Source: Eubacteriales bacterium (GTDB lineage: Bacteria; Bacillota; Clostridia; Oscillospirales; CAG-272). Taken from it: DNA of 64,000 nucleotides. The notes beneath the pieces were generated by a model. The model was not told the origin of the DNA. It searched no databases and saw only the letters and a list, made by a program, of their open reading frames with translations. Below, piece after piece: positions 26,287 to 34,507 of this stretch (the first letter of the stretch is position 1; each line of letters begins with the position of its first letter). The position numbers and the translations under genes are program-made. The DNA lies in contig JAZQUS010000067.1 in NCBI GenBank assembly GCA_045631445.1, positions 9,020 to 73,019 on the forward strand. The letters are read 5' to 3'.

Positions 26287-26320
26287 AAAGCACCAAGCAA
26301 AACGCTTGGTGCTTTTTTGT
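26287..26320 (+). terminator. strong intrinsic terminator closing the glycan locus
   Basis: AAAGCACCAAGC/GCTTGGTGCTTT 12-bp stem followed by a T run. Confidence 0.85.
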
Positions 26321-26332
26321 GGGTAAATTTAT

Positions 26333-26349
26333 GCCTTCCCATTGAGGGG
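26333..26349. repeat. 17-mer GCCTTCCCATTGAGGGG (second exact copy at 29955-29971)
   Basis: Exact 17-nt match at two intergenic sites. Here it forms the hairpin GCCTTCC-cattgagg-GGAAGGC. Confidence 0.7.
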
Positions 26350-26437
26350 AAGGCTTAGATAACCCCCAATTTATCTCTACAAACTCGGTAGGTGAGCCAC
26401 TCCGTGCACCCGCTAAAAACTAAATTGCGAAAATCTA

Positions 26438-26467
26438 TTGACAAAGCTTGACAAAATGTGCTACAAT
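26438..26467 (+). promoter_or_regulatory. sigma-A promoter with extended -10
   Basis: TTGACA (26438-26443), 18-nt spacer, TGcTACAAT (26459-26467). Confidence 0.6.
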
Positions 26468-26473
26468 GGATAT

Positions 26474-26637
26474 GCCAAACTAAGTTAATATTATTTGTGA
26501 TAAAAGGGTGTATTTTATTTTATGGGATAACTATACCTGTTTTTAAGTGTCTATATTAATATTATTGAATTTGATAAAATGCAAATTCCATTAATGTTAA
26601 TATGGACTAACACCCTATCACATTAACTTAGTTTGGC
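26474..26637 (+). promoter_or_regulatory. candidate structured 5' leader RNA (164-nt imperfect long hairpin); alternative reading: small inverted-repeat element
   Basis: GCCAAACTAAGTTAA (26474-26488) pairs perfectly with TTAACTTAGTTTGGC (26623-26637). The stem is extended by TGTGAT/ATCACA and AGGGTG/CACCCT. The ~100-nt interior is AT-rich. It lies between a promoter and a terminator. Confidence 0.4.
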
Positions 26638-26659
26638 GACTATCGGAGTTTGCGTTTTT

Positions 26660-26698
26660 GTGCGGTTACTTCGGTAGCCGCACTTTTTGTTTTTTTTA
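26660..26698 (+). terminator. intrinsic terminator inside the leader, directly upstream of the RBS
   Basis: GTGCGGTTAC-TTCG-GTAGCCGCAC stem-loop followed by TTTTTGTTTTTTTT. AAGGAG and the ATG (26716) follow. Confidence 0.75.
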
Positions 26699-26715
26699 GA
26701 AAGGAGAAAAGGATT

Positions 26716-27699
26716 ATGAACAAAAAAGTGTTAATTGGTATTATAGCAGCGGTTGTTGCTATAGGTGCAGTTGTTGGAGGTGTGTTCTTGTTCAAGCACG
26801 AGCACGTTGAAGCGGTTGATGTGGCAGTAGCACCCACTTGCGAAGAAACAGGTCTTACAGAAGGTAAGCACTGCTCGGATTGTGGCGAGGTTTTGGTGGC
26901 GCAAGAGGTAGTGGCTGCTACAGGTCATACCGAAGTTGTTGATGCGGCAGTAGCTCCTACTTGCGAAGAAACGGGACTCACAGAGGGCAAGCATTGTTCG
27001 GCATGTAACAAAGTACTTGTAGCGCAGAAGACGGTAGCTGCGCTTGGACACAAGGAAGTAGTTGACAAGGCAGTTGCAGCAACCTGTGAGAAGACAGGAC
27101 TTACAGAAGGCAAGCATTGTTCGGCATGTAACAAAGTACTTGTAGCGCAGAAGACGGTAGCTGCGCTTGGACACAAGGAAGTAGTTGACAAGGCAGTTGC
27201 AGCAACCTGTGAGAAGACAGGACTTACGGAAGGCAAGCATTGTTCGGTATGTAACAAAGTACTTGTAGCACAGGAAACAGTAGAGGCTACGGGACATGAC
27301 TATGATGTTGAAAGCTTAGAAAATGAGGGTAAAGTAGGAAGCAAGGTTACATATAAGTGTAACAATTGCGAAGACACATATGATGATGTTATTGATGAAA
27401 TCAAAATATCGGTACGCAACACAAGTACATCATCTGCTACAATGAATGGATATGGTTCGTGGACTAAATATTATTCTGCTAATGCTTCAGGCGGATATGG
27501 TAAATTAAAGTATAAATTTGAAGTATATGTGAGTAAGACATCCAAAAATCCAGTTTCAAATTTGACGGAAGATTTCTCATCTAAAAATTCTTATGGTATA
27601 TCCTATAGAGGTTACGAGAATTATATTAGCGGTTGGATTTTGAGAGTAACTGTTAAGGATGAAGCAGGAAACGAATGTGTATACGACTATGAGTTCTAA
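26716..27699 (+). CDS. membrane-anchored surface protein with four 41-aa Cys/His repeats
   Basis: AAGGAG RBS and N-terminal TM ([22 protein letters not shown]). Four units follow, of the form [38 protein letters not shown], then a ~130-aa beta-rich C-terminal domain. Confidence 0.8.
   Translation: MNKKVLIGIIAAVVAIGAVVGGVFLFKHEHVEAVDVAVAPTCEETGLTEGKHCSDCGEVLVAQEVVAATGHTEVVDAAVAPTCEETGLTEGKHCSACNKVLVAQKTVAALGHKEVVDKAVAATCEKTGLTEGKHCSACNKVLVAQKTVAALGHKEVVDKAVAATCEKTGLTEGKHCSVCNKVLVAQETVEATGHDYDVESLENEGKVGSKVTYKCNNCEDTYDDVIDEIKISVRNTSTSSATMNGYGSWTKYYSANASGGYGKLKYKFEVYVSKTSKNPVSNLTEDFSSKNSYGISYRGYENYISGWILRVTVKDEAGNECVYDYEF
26806..27297 (+). repeat. 4 x 123-bp in-frame tandem repeat (units at 26806, 26929, 27052, 27175)
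   Basis: Period measured from recurring GGCAAGCATTGTTCGG at 26986, 27109 and 27232. Units 3 and 4 are nearly identical at DNA level. Units 1 and 2 are more diverged. Confidence 0.9.
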
Positions 27700-27711
27700 T
27701 TAGTTGTATAT

Positions 27712-27746
27712 AAAAAGGGCTATCTTTTTGATAGCCCTTATTTCTT
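27712..27746. terminator. bidirectional terminator between convergent genes
   Basis: AAGGGCTATC/GATAGCCCTT stem flanked by A-rich and T-rich runs. Confidence 0.7.
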
Positions 27747-27752
27747 ATCAAA

Positions 27753-29690
27753 TTATCTAACCTTATCCGCAATTTCCTTTGCGATCTTCAAGATGAATTC
27801 GTCGGCGGTCATTGTGCCGATGTCGCCGTCCTTACGAGAACGAACTGCAACTGTGCCTGCTTCAAGCTCCTTACCGCCCACAACGAGCATATAGGGAACC
27901 TTTTCCTGCTGTGCATTTCTAATCTTATAGCCGATAGTTTCATTTCTTCTATCAACCTCGTTTCTTATGCCGAGAGCTGTGAGCTTGCGGGAGAGGTCGT
28001 CACAGTAAGCAATTTGAGCATCACCCATTGGAAGCATCTTAACCTGAACGGGAGCCATCCAAGTGGGAAGCGCACCTGCATACTTTTCAAGAAGGAGTGC
28101 AAGAGTTCTCTCATAGCAACCCATTGAAGTTCTATGAATGATATAGGGAGTTTTAAGAGTATTATCGGAGTCAACGTATTCCATACCGAACTTTTTTGCA
28201 AGAAGCATATCAACCTGAATTGTAACGATTGTGTCTTCCTTACCGAAAACGTTCTTGCATTGAATGTCGAGCTTAGGACCGTAGAATGCCGCCTCGTCGA
28301 TACCGATTACGTAGTTTTCACGACCGATATTAGCATCAAGAAGCTTTTCCATAATGGACTGAGCCTCATCCCATTGCTCGGGAGTACCTTCGTACTTGTC
28401 CGTACGCTTGGGATCCCACTGTGAGAAACGGAATGTGCAGTCCTCAAGGAGACCGAGAGTTTCAAGGCAATAGAGAGCAAGGTCAAGACAACCCTTGAAT
28501 TCCTCTTCAAGCTGTTCGGGACGGAGAACAAGGTGTCCTTCGGAAATTGTGAACTGACGAACGCGAATAAGACCGTGCATTTCACCGCTATCCTCGTTTC
28601 TAAAGAGGGTGGATGTTTCACCGAGGCGCATAGGAAGATCGCGGTAGGATCTCTTCTTGTTAAGATATACTTGATACTGGAATGGGCAAGTCATGGGACG
28701 GAGCGCGAAGCATTCCTTTGTTTCGTCGTCGGGGTCGCCAAGAATGAACATACCGTCGCGGTAGTGATCCCAGTGACCGGAAATTCTATAAAGGTCGCGC
28801 TTTGCCATAAGAGGTGTCTTTGTGAGAAGGTAGCCACGTCTTTGTTCCTCGTCCTCAATCCATCTCTGGAGTGTCTGGATTACCTTTGAGCCCTTGGGAA
28901 GAAGGATGGGCAAGCCCTGACCGATAGAATCAACGGTTGTGAAGTATTCAAGCTCACGGCCAATCTTGTTGTGGTCGCGCTTTCTTGCTTCTTCAAGCAT
29001 TGCTACATAAGTGTTCAATTCATCTTTAGAGGGGAAGGCAAAGCCATAAACTCTCTGAAGCATCTTGTTCTTTTGGTCGCCCTTCCAATAAGCGCCTGTG
29101 CACTGTGTGAGCTTAACTGCCTTTACAGCGCCTGTAGAGAAGAGGTGAGGACCTGCGCAAAGGTCTGTAAATTCGCCCTGTGTATAGAAGCTGATAACTG
29201 CATCCTCGGGGAGCTCTTCAATAAGCTGAACCTTGTATGGCTCGTTCTTTTCAGTCATAAGCGCGATTGCTTCGGCTCGGGGAAGCTCACTTCTTGTAAT
29301 AAGAAGATTTTCTTTAACGATTTTCTTCATCTCGCTTTCAAGCTTTGAAAGAATTTCGGGAGTGAAGGAAACCTCGGAATCAAAGTCATAGTAGAAGCCG
29401 TTCTCGATTGCAGGGCCGATTGTAAGCTTTGTTTCGGGATAAAGACGCTTAACTGCCTGCGCTAAGATGTGAGAAGCGGTGTGGTTGAAAACGTGCTTGC
29501 CGTCTGCATCCTTGAATGTAAGGAGTTCAACCTCTGCATCATTTTCAAGAAGATGGTTAAGGGCAACAACTTCGCCATTAACCTTTGCAGCAATCACGCT
29601 GCGATCAATTTTCTCTGCAGAACGAGCCGCATCGTAAACAGTAATCGGCGCGTCAAAAGAGAGTTCAAGATCATAAAGTTTGATTTTCAT
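27753..29690 (-). CDS. thrS: threonyl-tRNA synthetase
   Basis: MKIKLYDL... TGS-type N-terminus, class II core and anticodon-binding C-terminus, ~645 aa. ATG at 29690 is preceded by AGGAGAT. The listed 52-aa N-terminal extension runs into repeat DNA. Confidence 0.95.
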   Translation of the reverse strand: MKIKLYDLELSFDAPITVYDAARSAEKIDRSVIAAKVNGEVVALNHLLENDAEVELLTFKDADGKHVFNHTASHILAQAVKRLYPETKLTIGPAIENGFYYDFDSEVSFTPEILSKLESEMKKIVKENLLITRSELPRAEAIALMTEKNEPYKVQLIEELPEDAVISFYTQGEFTDLCAGPHLFSTGAVKAVKLTQCTGAYWKGDQKNKMLQRVYGFAFPSKDELNTYVAMLEEARKRDHNKIGRELEYFTTVDSIGQGLPILLPKGSKVIQTLQRWIEDEEQRRGYLLTKTPLMAKRDLYRISGHWDHYRDGMFILGDPDDETKECFALRPMTCPFQYQVYLNKKRSYRDLPMRLGETSTLFRNEDSGEMHGLIRVRQFTISEGHLVLRPEQLEEEFKGCLDLALYCLETLGLLEDCTFRFSQWDPKRTDKYEGTPEQWDEAQSIMEKLLDANIGRENYVIGIDEAAFYGPKLDIQCKNVFGKEDTIVTIQVDMLLAKKFGMEYVDSDNTLKTPYIIHRTSMGCYERTLALLLEKYAGALPTWMAPVQVKMLPMGDAQIAYCDDLSRKLTALGIRNEVDRRNETIGYKIRNAQQEKVPYMLVVGGKELEAGTVAVRSRKDGDIGTMTADEFILKIAKEIADKVR

Positions 29691-29704
29691 AATTTTATCT
29701 CCTA

Positions 29705-30085
29705 AATATATAGTTAGTTGTATCAAGAACTTCTTTTTCGAGAAAAAGAAGCAAAAAGCTTTTTTATCGCTTGGGTTTGTGCTGATTTGACGTAAATTTT
29801 CGATAATTCGTGGGCGAATTATCGGTTTTGAAACTTCGTCACACACTTACACGCAAGCGCGACGTGTGAGCCGAATCTTCAAAACTACGAAAACCACTAT
29901 TTACATAGTGTTTTTCTAAAATTTACTTTGTTTGTGCGTTGATATATTATTTCAGCCTTCCCATTGAGGGGCATAGGGGACGGAAAATGCCTTCGGCAAT
30001 TTCATGGATGAGGGGAACGAAGTTTGTGTAAATTATCGTTCTCTTTTGTTCTTCAAGAATAATTTTTTATCTTTGTAATTATAAA
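29705..30085. repeat. composite of degenerate MITE-like repeat fragments inside the thrS 5' UTR
   Basis: Shares GGGTTTGTGCTGATTT (29773-29788 = 42657-42672), TTTTATCTTTGTAA (30065-30078 = 35151-35164) and the 17-mer at 29955-29971 (= 26333-26349). It also carries an internal palindrome AAATTTTCGATAATTCG..CGAATTATCGGTTTTGAAA. Confidence 0.6.
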
Positions 30086-30290
30086 CAAAAAACACCCCGA
30101 ATGGCAAAAGCCATTCGGGGTGCGATAAACGAATTTACGCACGGTTCCACCCGAAGTTTTAACTTCAAAATGTATTCAACGTGACGCACGGGTGGTATTA
30201 CAACTGCTCTCTTGAAGGATGTCACAGCAAATCATCCTCTCTCTGAACAAGAGGTGCAGAGGAACGTGTCCCTTGCATTTTAATTTATTA
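30086..30290 (-). promoter_or_regulatory. T-box leader (thrS), with terminator at 30086-30122
   Basis: On the minus strand, the T-box sequence GGGTGGAACCGTGCG (30138-30152) is followed by the terminator CACCCCGAATGG..CCATTCGGGGTG plus a T run. An upstream AGAGAG element is present. A Thr codon ACC (..AAUACCACC..) is a possible specifier, not verified. The 5' boundary is uncertain. Confidence 0.75.
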
Positions 30291-30722
30291 GATAAGACCG
30301 TTTCTCTTTCTATTATACTCTGAACGGGGATTATAAACCTCGCGCCAGTTAAGGTCACCGCGGTCAAGCGCCTGAACGAGAATTTCCGCAGTTGCGATAT
30401 TAGTAGCAACGGGGATGTTGTGAAGGTCACACATTCTCATCATTTCGGCTTCTTCCTCATTATAAGCAGAGGATGAACGAGTGTCCTTAAAATTCAAGAG
30501 AAGATCTATTTCATTATAAGCAAGACGGGAAGTGATCTGTTGTTCACCACCGTGCTCACCGGTAAGCAATTTTTCAATCTTAAGACCTGTAGCGTCGGAT
30601 ATATATTTCGCAGTAATGCTTGTTGCACAAAGGTTGTGCTTACTGAGAATTCCGCAATAAGCAATACAGAATTGTGTCATAAGTTCTTTTTTCATGTCGT
30701 GAGCTATAATTGCAATTTCCAT
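30288..30722 (-). CDS. mgsA: methylglyoxal synthase
   Basis: IAIIAHDMKKE active-site region and GEHGGEQQI motif. 144 aa. Confidence 0.8.
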   Translation of the reverse strand: MEIAIIAHDMKKELMTQFCIAYCGILSKHNLCATSITAKYISDATGLKIEKLLTGEHGGEQQITSRLAYNEIDLLLNFKDTRSSSAYNEEEAEMMRMCDLHNIPVATNIATAEILVQALDRGDLNWREVYNPRSEYNRKRNGLI

Positions 30723-30799
30723 CTTAAATCCTTTCTGTATATAAACGACTAAAATAACAAATTAACGAACGAATAAAAATTTACACAATTTACGAAGTC

Positions 30800-30828
30800 A
30801 TTATATCATATTAAATAAAAGTTGTCAA
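30800..30828 (-). promoter_or_regulatory. consensus sigma-A promoter for mgsA
   Basis: Minus strand: TTGACA (30828-30823), 17-nt spacer, TATAAT (30805-30800). Confidence 0.65.
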
Positions 30829-30834
30829 TAATTT

Positions 30835-31131
30835 TTACATTTTCTCATTCAAAAAATATCCATTTTTTGCAATATTTTTTATCAAAATGCGGTTTCCAAT
30901 AACTTTTGCCTTGGAATTTATGCTTGAAATGTGATAAACAATGTTTTCTTTGCTGCAATCAAGCTCGCTAAGTAGTGCAATTTGCTCGGCAGATATTGGC
31001 TTTTTTGGTTTTTTTATAAGTACTTGTAATATTTTATATTCGCTTTTAGTGAGCTTTAGACGGTAGCCGAGATATATAAATACTTCTTCTTCAATAAGGA
31101 GATATAAATGTTTATATTGTAGAAAATTCAT
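30835..31131 (-). CDS. small stand-alone OmpR/PhoB-type winged-helix DNA-binding protein (no receiver domain)
   Basis: LTKSEYKILQVL...ISAEQIA...VYHISSINSK....IKNIAKNGYFL follows the trans_reg_C pattern. The start is either ATG 31131 or TTG 31149. AT-rich with no clear RBS. Confidence 0.45.
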   Translation of the reverse strand: MNFLQYKHLYLLIEEEVFIYLGYRLKLTKSEYKILQVLIKKPKKPISAEQIALLSELDCSKENIVYHISSINSKAKVIGNRILIKNIAKNGYFLNEKM

Positions 31132-31185
31132 AATGTTATATAAATTCAATCCAAGCCCTGATGAGCTTGGATTGATATGATGTGT

Positions 31186-33831
31186 TTAGTTAATTTTAGC
31201 AAGAGCAGCAAGAACGCCATCAAGATTTTCTTGATATTTAGCCATTTTTGCCTTTTCACCTTCAACAACGGCAACGGGTGCTTTTGCAACGAAGCCCTCG
31301 TTTGAAAGCTTTTTAACAATTCTGTCAATTTCACCCTCAAGGCGTTTCTTTTCACCCTCAAGTCTTGCCTTTTCCTTTTCAAAGTCGATAATATCGGCTA
31401 AAGGAAGATAGATAGTTGCTGAGTCTGTGATGATTTGAACGGAGTTATCCGCGCTTACCTCACCATCAAACTTTTCCGCAACGCAAACTTCACTTGCGGA
31501 CGCAAGACGAACGAAGAATGCTTCACTCGACGCACCGAAAATGTCAGAATACTTTGTTTCAATGAATACCTTTGCCTTCTTTGAAGGAGGAACGTTCATT
31601 TCGCTTCTTCTTGTACGGATAGCGGTGATGGCATCGATAATCTTTGTCATCTTTTCTGCATCGTTGAAGTAGCAAAGAGAAGTGTTGTATTCGGGATAAG
31701 TGTCAATCATGATGCTTTCTGCAGAGTGGGGAAGTGACTGATAAATTTCCTCTGTGATGAAGGGCATAAAGGGATGAAGAAGCTTTAGCGTTCCGTTGAG
31801 AACGTAAGCAATAACGTTCTGGCAAACAAGATTTGCTTCAGTTTCCTTTTCATTAAATCTTGCCTTTGCAAGCTCGATGTACCAGTCGCAGAAGATATCC
31901 CAAGTGAATGAGTATATTTCTGCAAGAGCAACGCCAACCTCAAAGTTGTCAAGGTTGTTAACAACGCTCTTTGTAAGCTCGTTGAACTTGTCAAGAATCC
32001 ATTTGTCCTCAAGCGCAAGCTTGGATTCTTCTGGGAGATTGATTTCGTCGATTGTGAGGTTCATTCTAACGAAACGGGAAGCGTTCCAAAGCTTGTTAGC
32101 AAAGTTTCTTGCTGCCTCAATCTTTTCGTCGGAGAATCTCATATCGTTTCCGGGAGAGTTACCTGTTGCAAGAGCAAAACGAAGTGCGTCTGCACCGTAT
32201 TTATCAATAATTTCAAGGGGATCGATACCGTTGCCAAGGGATTTGGACATCTTTCTACCCTGAGCATCTCTAACAAGACCGTGAATGAATACTGTAGAGA
32301 AGGGCTTTTGACCCATATGCTCAAGACCTGAGAAAATCATACGAGAAACCCAGAATGTGATGATATCGTAACCTGTAACAAGAACGCTTGTGGGATAGTA
32401 TTTAGCAAGATCCTCTGTGCTTTCGGGCCAACCGAGAGTTGAGAAGGGCCAAAGAGCTGATGAGAACCAAGTATCAAGAACGTCCTCGTCCTGATGAACG
32501 GGTTTGCCACACTTAGGACAAACTGTGATATCCTCTTTAGAAACTGTCATTTCACCGCAATCGTCACAGTAGAATGCGGGAATTCTGTGTCCCCACCAAA
32601 GCTGACGGGAGATACACCAGTCAAGGATGTTGTTCATCCAGTTGAAGTAATTCTTTGAGAATCTTTCGGGAATGAAATTGATGTCACCGCTTTCAACCGC
32701 TTCGATAGCAGGCTGAGCAAGGGGCTTCATCTTAACGAACCACTGGTCGCTTGTCATGGGTTCAACAGTTGTGCCACAACGGTAGCAAACGCCAACGTTG
32801 TGATCGTGAGGAACTGTTTTAACAAGATAACCCTCTGCCTCAAGGTCGGCAACGAGTGCCTTTCTGCAAGCATATCTATCCATACCCTCATACTTGCCTG
32901 CGTATGAGTTCATTGTAGCATCGTCGTTCATAACCTTAATCTGCTCAAGGTTATGGCGCTGACCAACAAGGAAGTCGTTGGGGTCGTGCGCAGGAGTAAT
33001 TTTAACGCAACCCGTACCGAAACCGATTTCAACGTAATCGTCAGCGATTACGGGAATTTCACGGTTAACGATGGGCAAAATAAGAGTCTTGCCGATAAGG
33101 TGCTTTGTGTTTTCGTCGTCGGGGTTAACTGCAACCGCAGTATCACCGAACATTGTTTCGGGACGAGTTGTAGCAACCTCAACGTAGCCGTCCTCGCCCT
33201 TGATAGGATATTTAATGTGCCAGAAGTTACCGGGCATATCCTTGTATTCAACCTCTGCATCGGAAAGGGCAGTAAGGCAACGAGGGCACCAGTTGATAAT
33301 TCTGTAACCGCGGTAAATAAGCCCCTTGTTGTAAAGGTTTACGAAAACCTCGCGAACAGCGTGTGAGCAACCCTCGTCCATAGTAAATCTCTGACGGGAC
33401 CAGTCACAAGAAGCACCGAGCTTCTTTAACTGACTTGTGATTCTTGTTTCGTATGTGTCTTTCCAACCCCAAACGCGCTCAAGGAATTTTTCTCTACCTA
33501 AATCATAACGAGAAAGACCCTCGTCAACACGAAGACGCTCCTCAACCTTAATCTGCGTAGCAATACCTGCGTGGTCTGTGCCGGGAACCCAAAGGGTGTT
33601 AAAGCCCTGCATTCTCTTGTAACGAACAAGAATGTCCTGAAGAGTTTCGTCAAGGGCGTGACCCATGTGAAGCTGACCTGTAACGTTTGGTGGGGGAATT
33701 ACGATTGAAAATGAAGGATTAGTATTATTTTTGTCGGGTGTGAAGTAACCCTTTTCACACCAAGTTTGATATATTCTGTCCTCAAATTCCGAGGGCGAAT
33801 ATGTTTTTGGAAGCTCGTTGTAGCTGTTCAT
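31186..33831 (-). CDS. valS: valyl-tRNA synthetase
   Basis: HMGHALD (HIGH) and KMSKSLGN (KMSKS) motifs and a C-terminal coiled coil, ~881 aa. ATG at 33831 follows GAGGT. The listed 43-aa extension lies in the T-box leader. Confidence 0.95.
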   Translation of the reverse strand: MNSYNELPKTYSPSEFEDRIYQTWCEKGYFTPDKNNTNPSFSIVIPPPNVTGQLHMGHALDETLQDILVRYKRMQGFNTLWVPGTDHAGIATQIKVEERLRVDEGLSRYDLGREKFLERVWGWKDTYETRITSQLKKLGASCDWSRQRFTMDEGCSHAVREVFVNLYNKGLIYRGYRIINWCPRCLTALSDAEVEYKDMPGNFWHIKYPIKGEDGYVEVATTRPETMFGDTAVAVNPDDENTKHLIGKTLILPIVNREIPVIADDYVEIGFGTGCVKITPAHDPNDFLVGQRHNLEQIKVMNDDATMNSYAGKYEGMDRYACRKALVADLEAEGYLVKTVPHDHNVGVCYRCGTTVEPMTSDQWFVKMKPLAQPAIEAVESGDINFIPERFSKNYFNWMNNILDWCISRQLWWGHRIPAFYCDDCGEMTVSKEDITVCPKCGKPVHQDEDVLDTWFSSALWPFSTLGWPESTEDLAKYYPTSVLVTGYDIITFWVSRMIFSGLEHMGQKPFSTVFIHGLVRDAQGRKMSKSLGNGIDPLEIIDKYGADALRFALATGNSPGNDMRFSDEKIEAARNFANKLWNASRFVRMNLTIDEINLPEESKLALEDKWILDKFNELTKSVVNNLDNFEVGVALAEIYSFTWDIFCDWYIELAKARFNEKETEANLVCQNVIAYVLNGTLKLLHPFMPFITEEIYQSLPHSAESIMIDTYPEYNTSLCYFNDAEKMTKIIDAITAIRTRRSEMNVPPSKKAKVFIETKYSDIFGASSEAFFVRLASASEVCVAEKFDGEVSADNSVQIITDSATIYLPLADIIDFEKEKARLEGEKKRLEGEIDRIVKKLSNEGFVAKAPVAVVEGEKAKMAKYQENLDGVLAALAKIN

Positions 33832-33873
33832 TTTTGAACCTCGCTTTCTTAAAGTATGTAAATAAATTTTTAT

Positions 33874-34134
33874 CAAAAAACAAAAAATCCCCCATCCTGA
33901 TATCAGGACGTGGGAACGCGGTACCACCTGATTTCGCGCAGAGATAGAACTTGCGCGCACTCAAAATCTTTAACGGAGATCACCGTTTTTTGCTACTTTC
34001 TTTTGATTAAAAAGCCGTTTCACAAAAACCGCTCGGGGACTACTTCATTTTGCTCCGTCGCAAACTCACACCAACCGTTTGCTCTCTTTAGACTTGCACA
34101 AAATTACTCCTTCCCGTCAGGGCGTTTCATATCG
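33874..34134 (-). promoter_or_regulatory. T-box leader (valS), with terminator at 33874-33915
   Basis: Minus strand: AGAGAG, GGUUGGUGUGAG distal-loop-like element, GAA-GUA-G (candidate Val specifier), T-box AGGTGGTACCGCGT (33916-33930), then the terminator TCCCACGTCCTGA/TCAGGATGGGGGA plus a T run. Confidence 0.8.
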
Positions 34135-34140
34135 AGAAAT

Positions 34141-34169
34141 AGTATATCACAACTAAAATAAAAAGTCAA
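34141..34169 (-). promoter_or_regulatory. sigma-A promoter for the valS leader
   Basis: Minus strand: TTGACT (34169-34164), 17-nt spacer ending TGa, TATACT (34146-34141). Confidence 0.6.
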
Positions 34170-34276
34170 TAAAATAATGAAAAAAAGTTCATTTTGACAC
34201 AAAACTGTCGCGTATATGGTATAAAAATGTGCTACAATTATGGTGGAATAAAGAAAAACGCTTGGAAAGGATAAAT

Positions 34277-34507
34277 ATGACGTGGGAAATTGCAGTTGGA
34301 ATGTTTGGAATTGTATCCGCATTTATTGCCGTTATGAACGTGGTTGTCAAAATCAATTCCACACTTTCAAAGCTTGAGAGCGCAGTTCTTCAGCTTAAAG
34401 AAACGATGGAGCGCCAATCGGATAAAAACGCACATTTTTACACGGAGCTTTCAGAGCACGAAAAGAGAATATCCGTGCTTGAAAGGGAGATGGGGACAAG
34501 ACTGTGA
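34277..34507 (+). CDS. small membrane protein, BhlA/UviB-like architecture (N-terminal TM + coiled coil)
   Basis: 76 aa: a TM (IAVGMFGIVSAFIAVMNVVV) followed by a heptad-like helix (LSKLESAVLQLKETMERQ...ISVLEREM). The assignment rests on architecture only, not verified homology. Confidence 0.5.
   Translation: MTWEIAVGMFGIVSAFIAVMNVVVKINSTLSKLESAVLQLKETMERQSDKNAHFYTELSEHEKRISVLEREMGTRL

Noticed and set aside
26806-27297. Regular 123-bp direct repeats considered as a possible CRISPR array.
   Set aside because: The repeats are contiguous with no spacers and are in frame within a clean ORF encoding a 41-aa protein repeat. No cas genes are nearby.
29691-29846. 52-aa N-terminal extension of thrS in the ORF track. 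Likewise 33832-33960 for valS, 45363-45518 for infC and 39327-39452 for comEC.
   Set aside because: The extensions run through repeat elements, T-box leaders, a promoter/attenuator or AT-rich non-coding DNA. They lack an RBS, whereas the internal starts have good Shine-Dalgarno sequences and give canonical N-termini.
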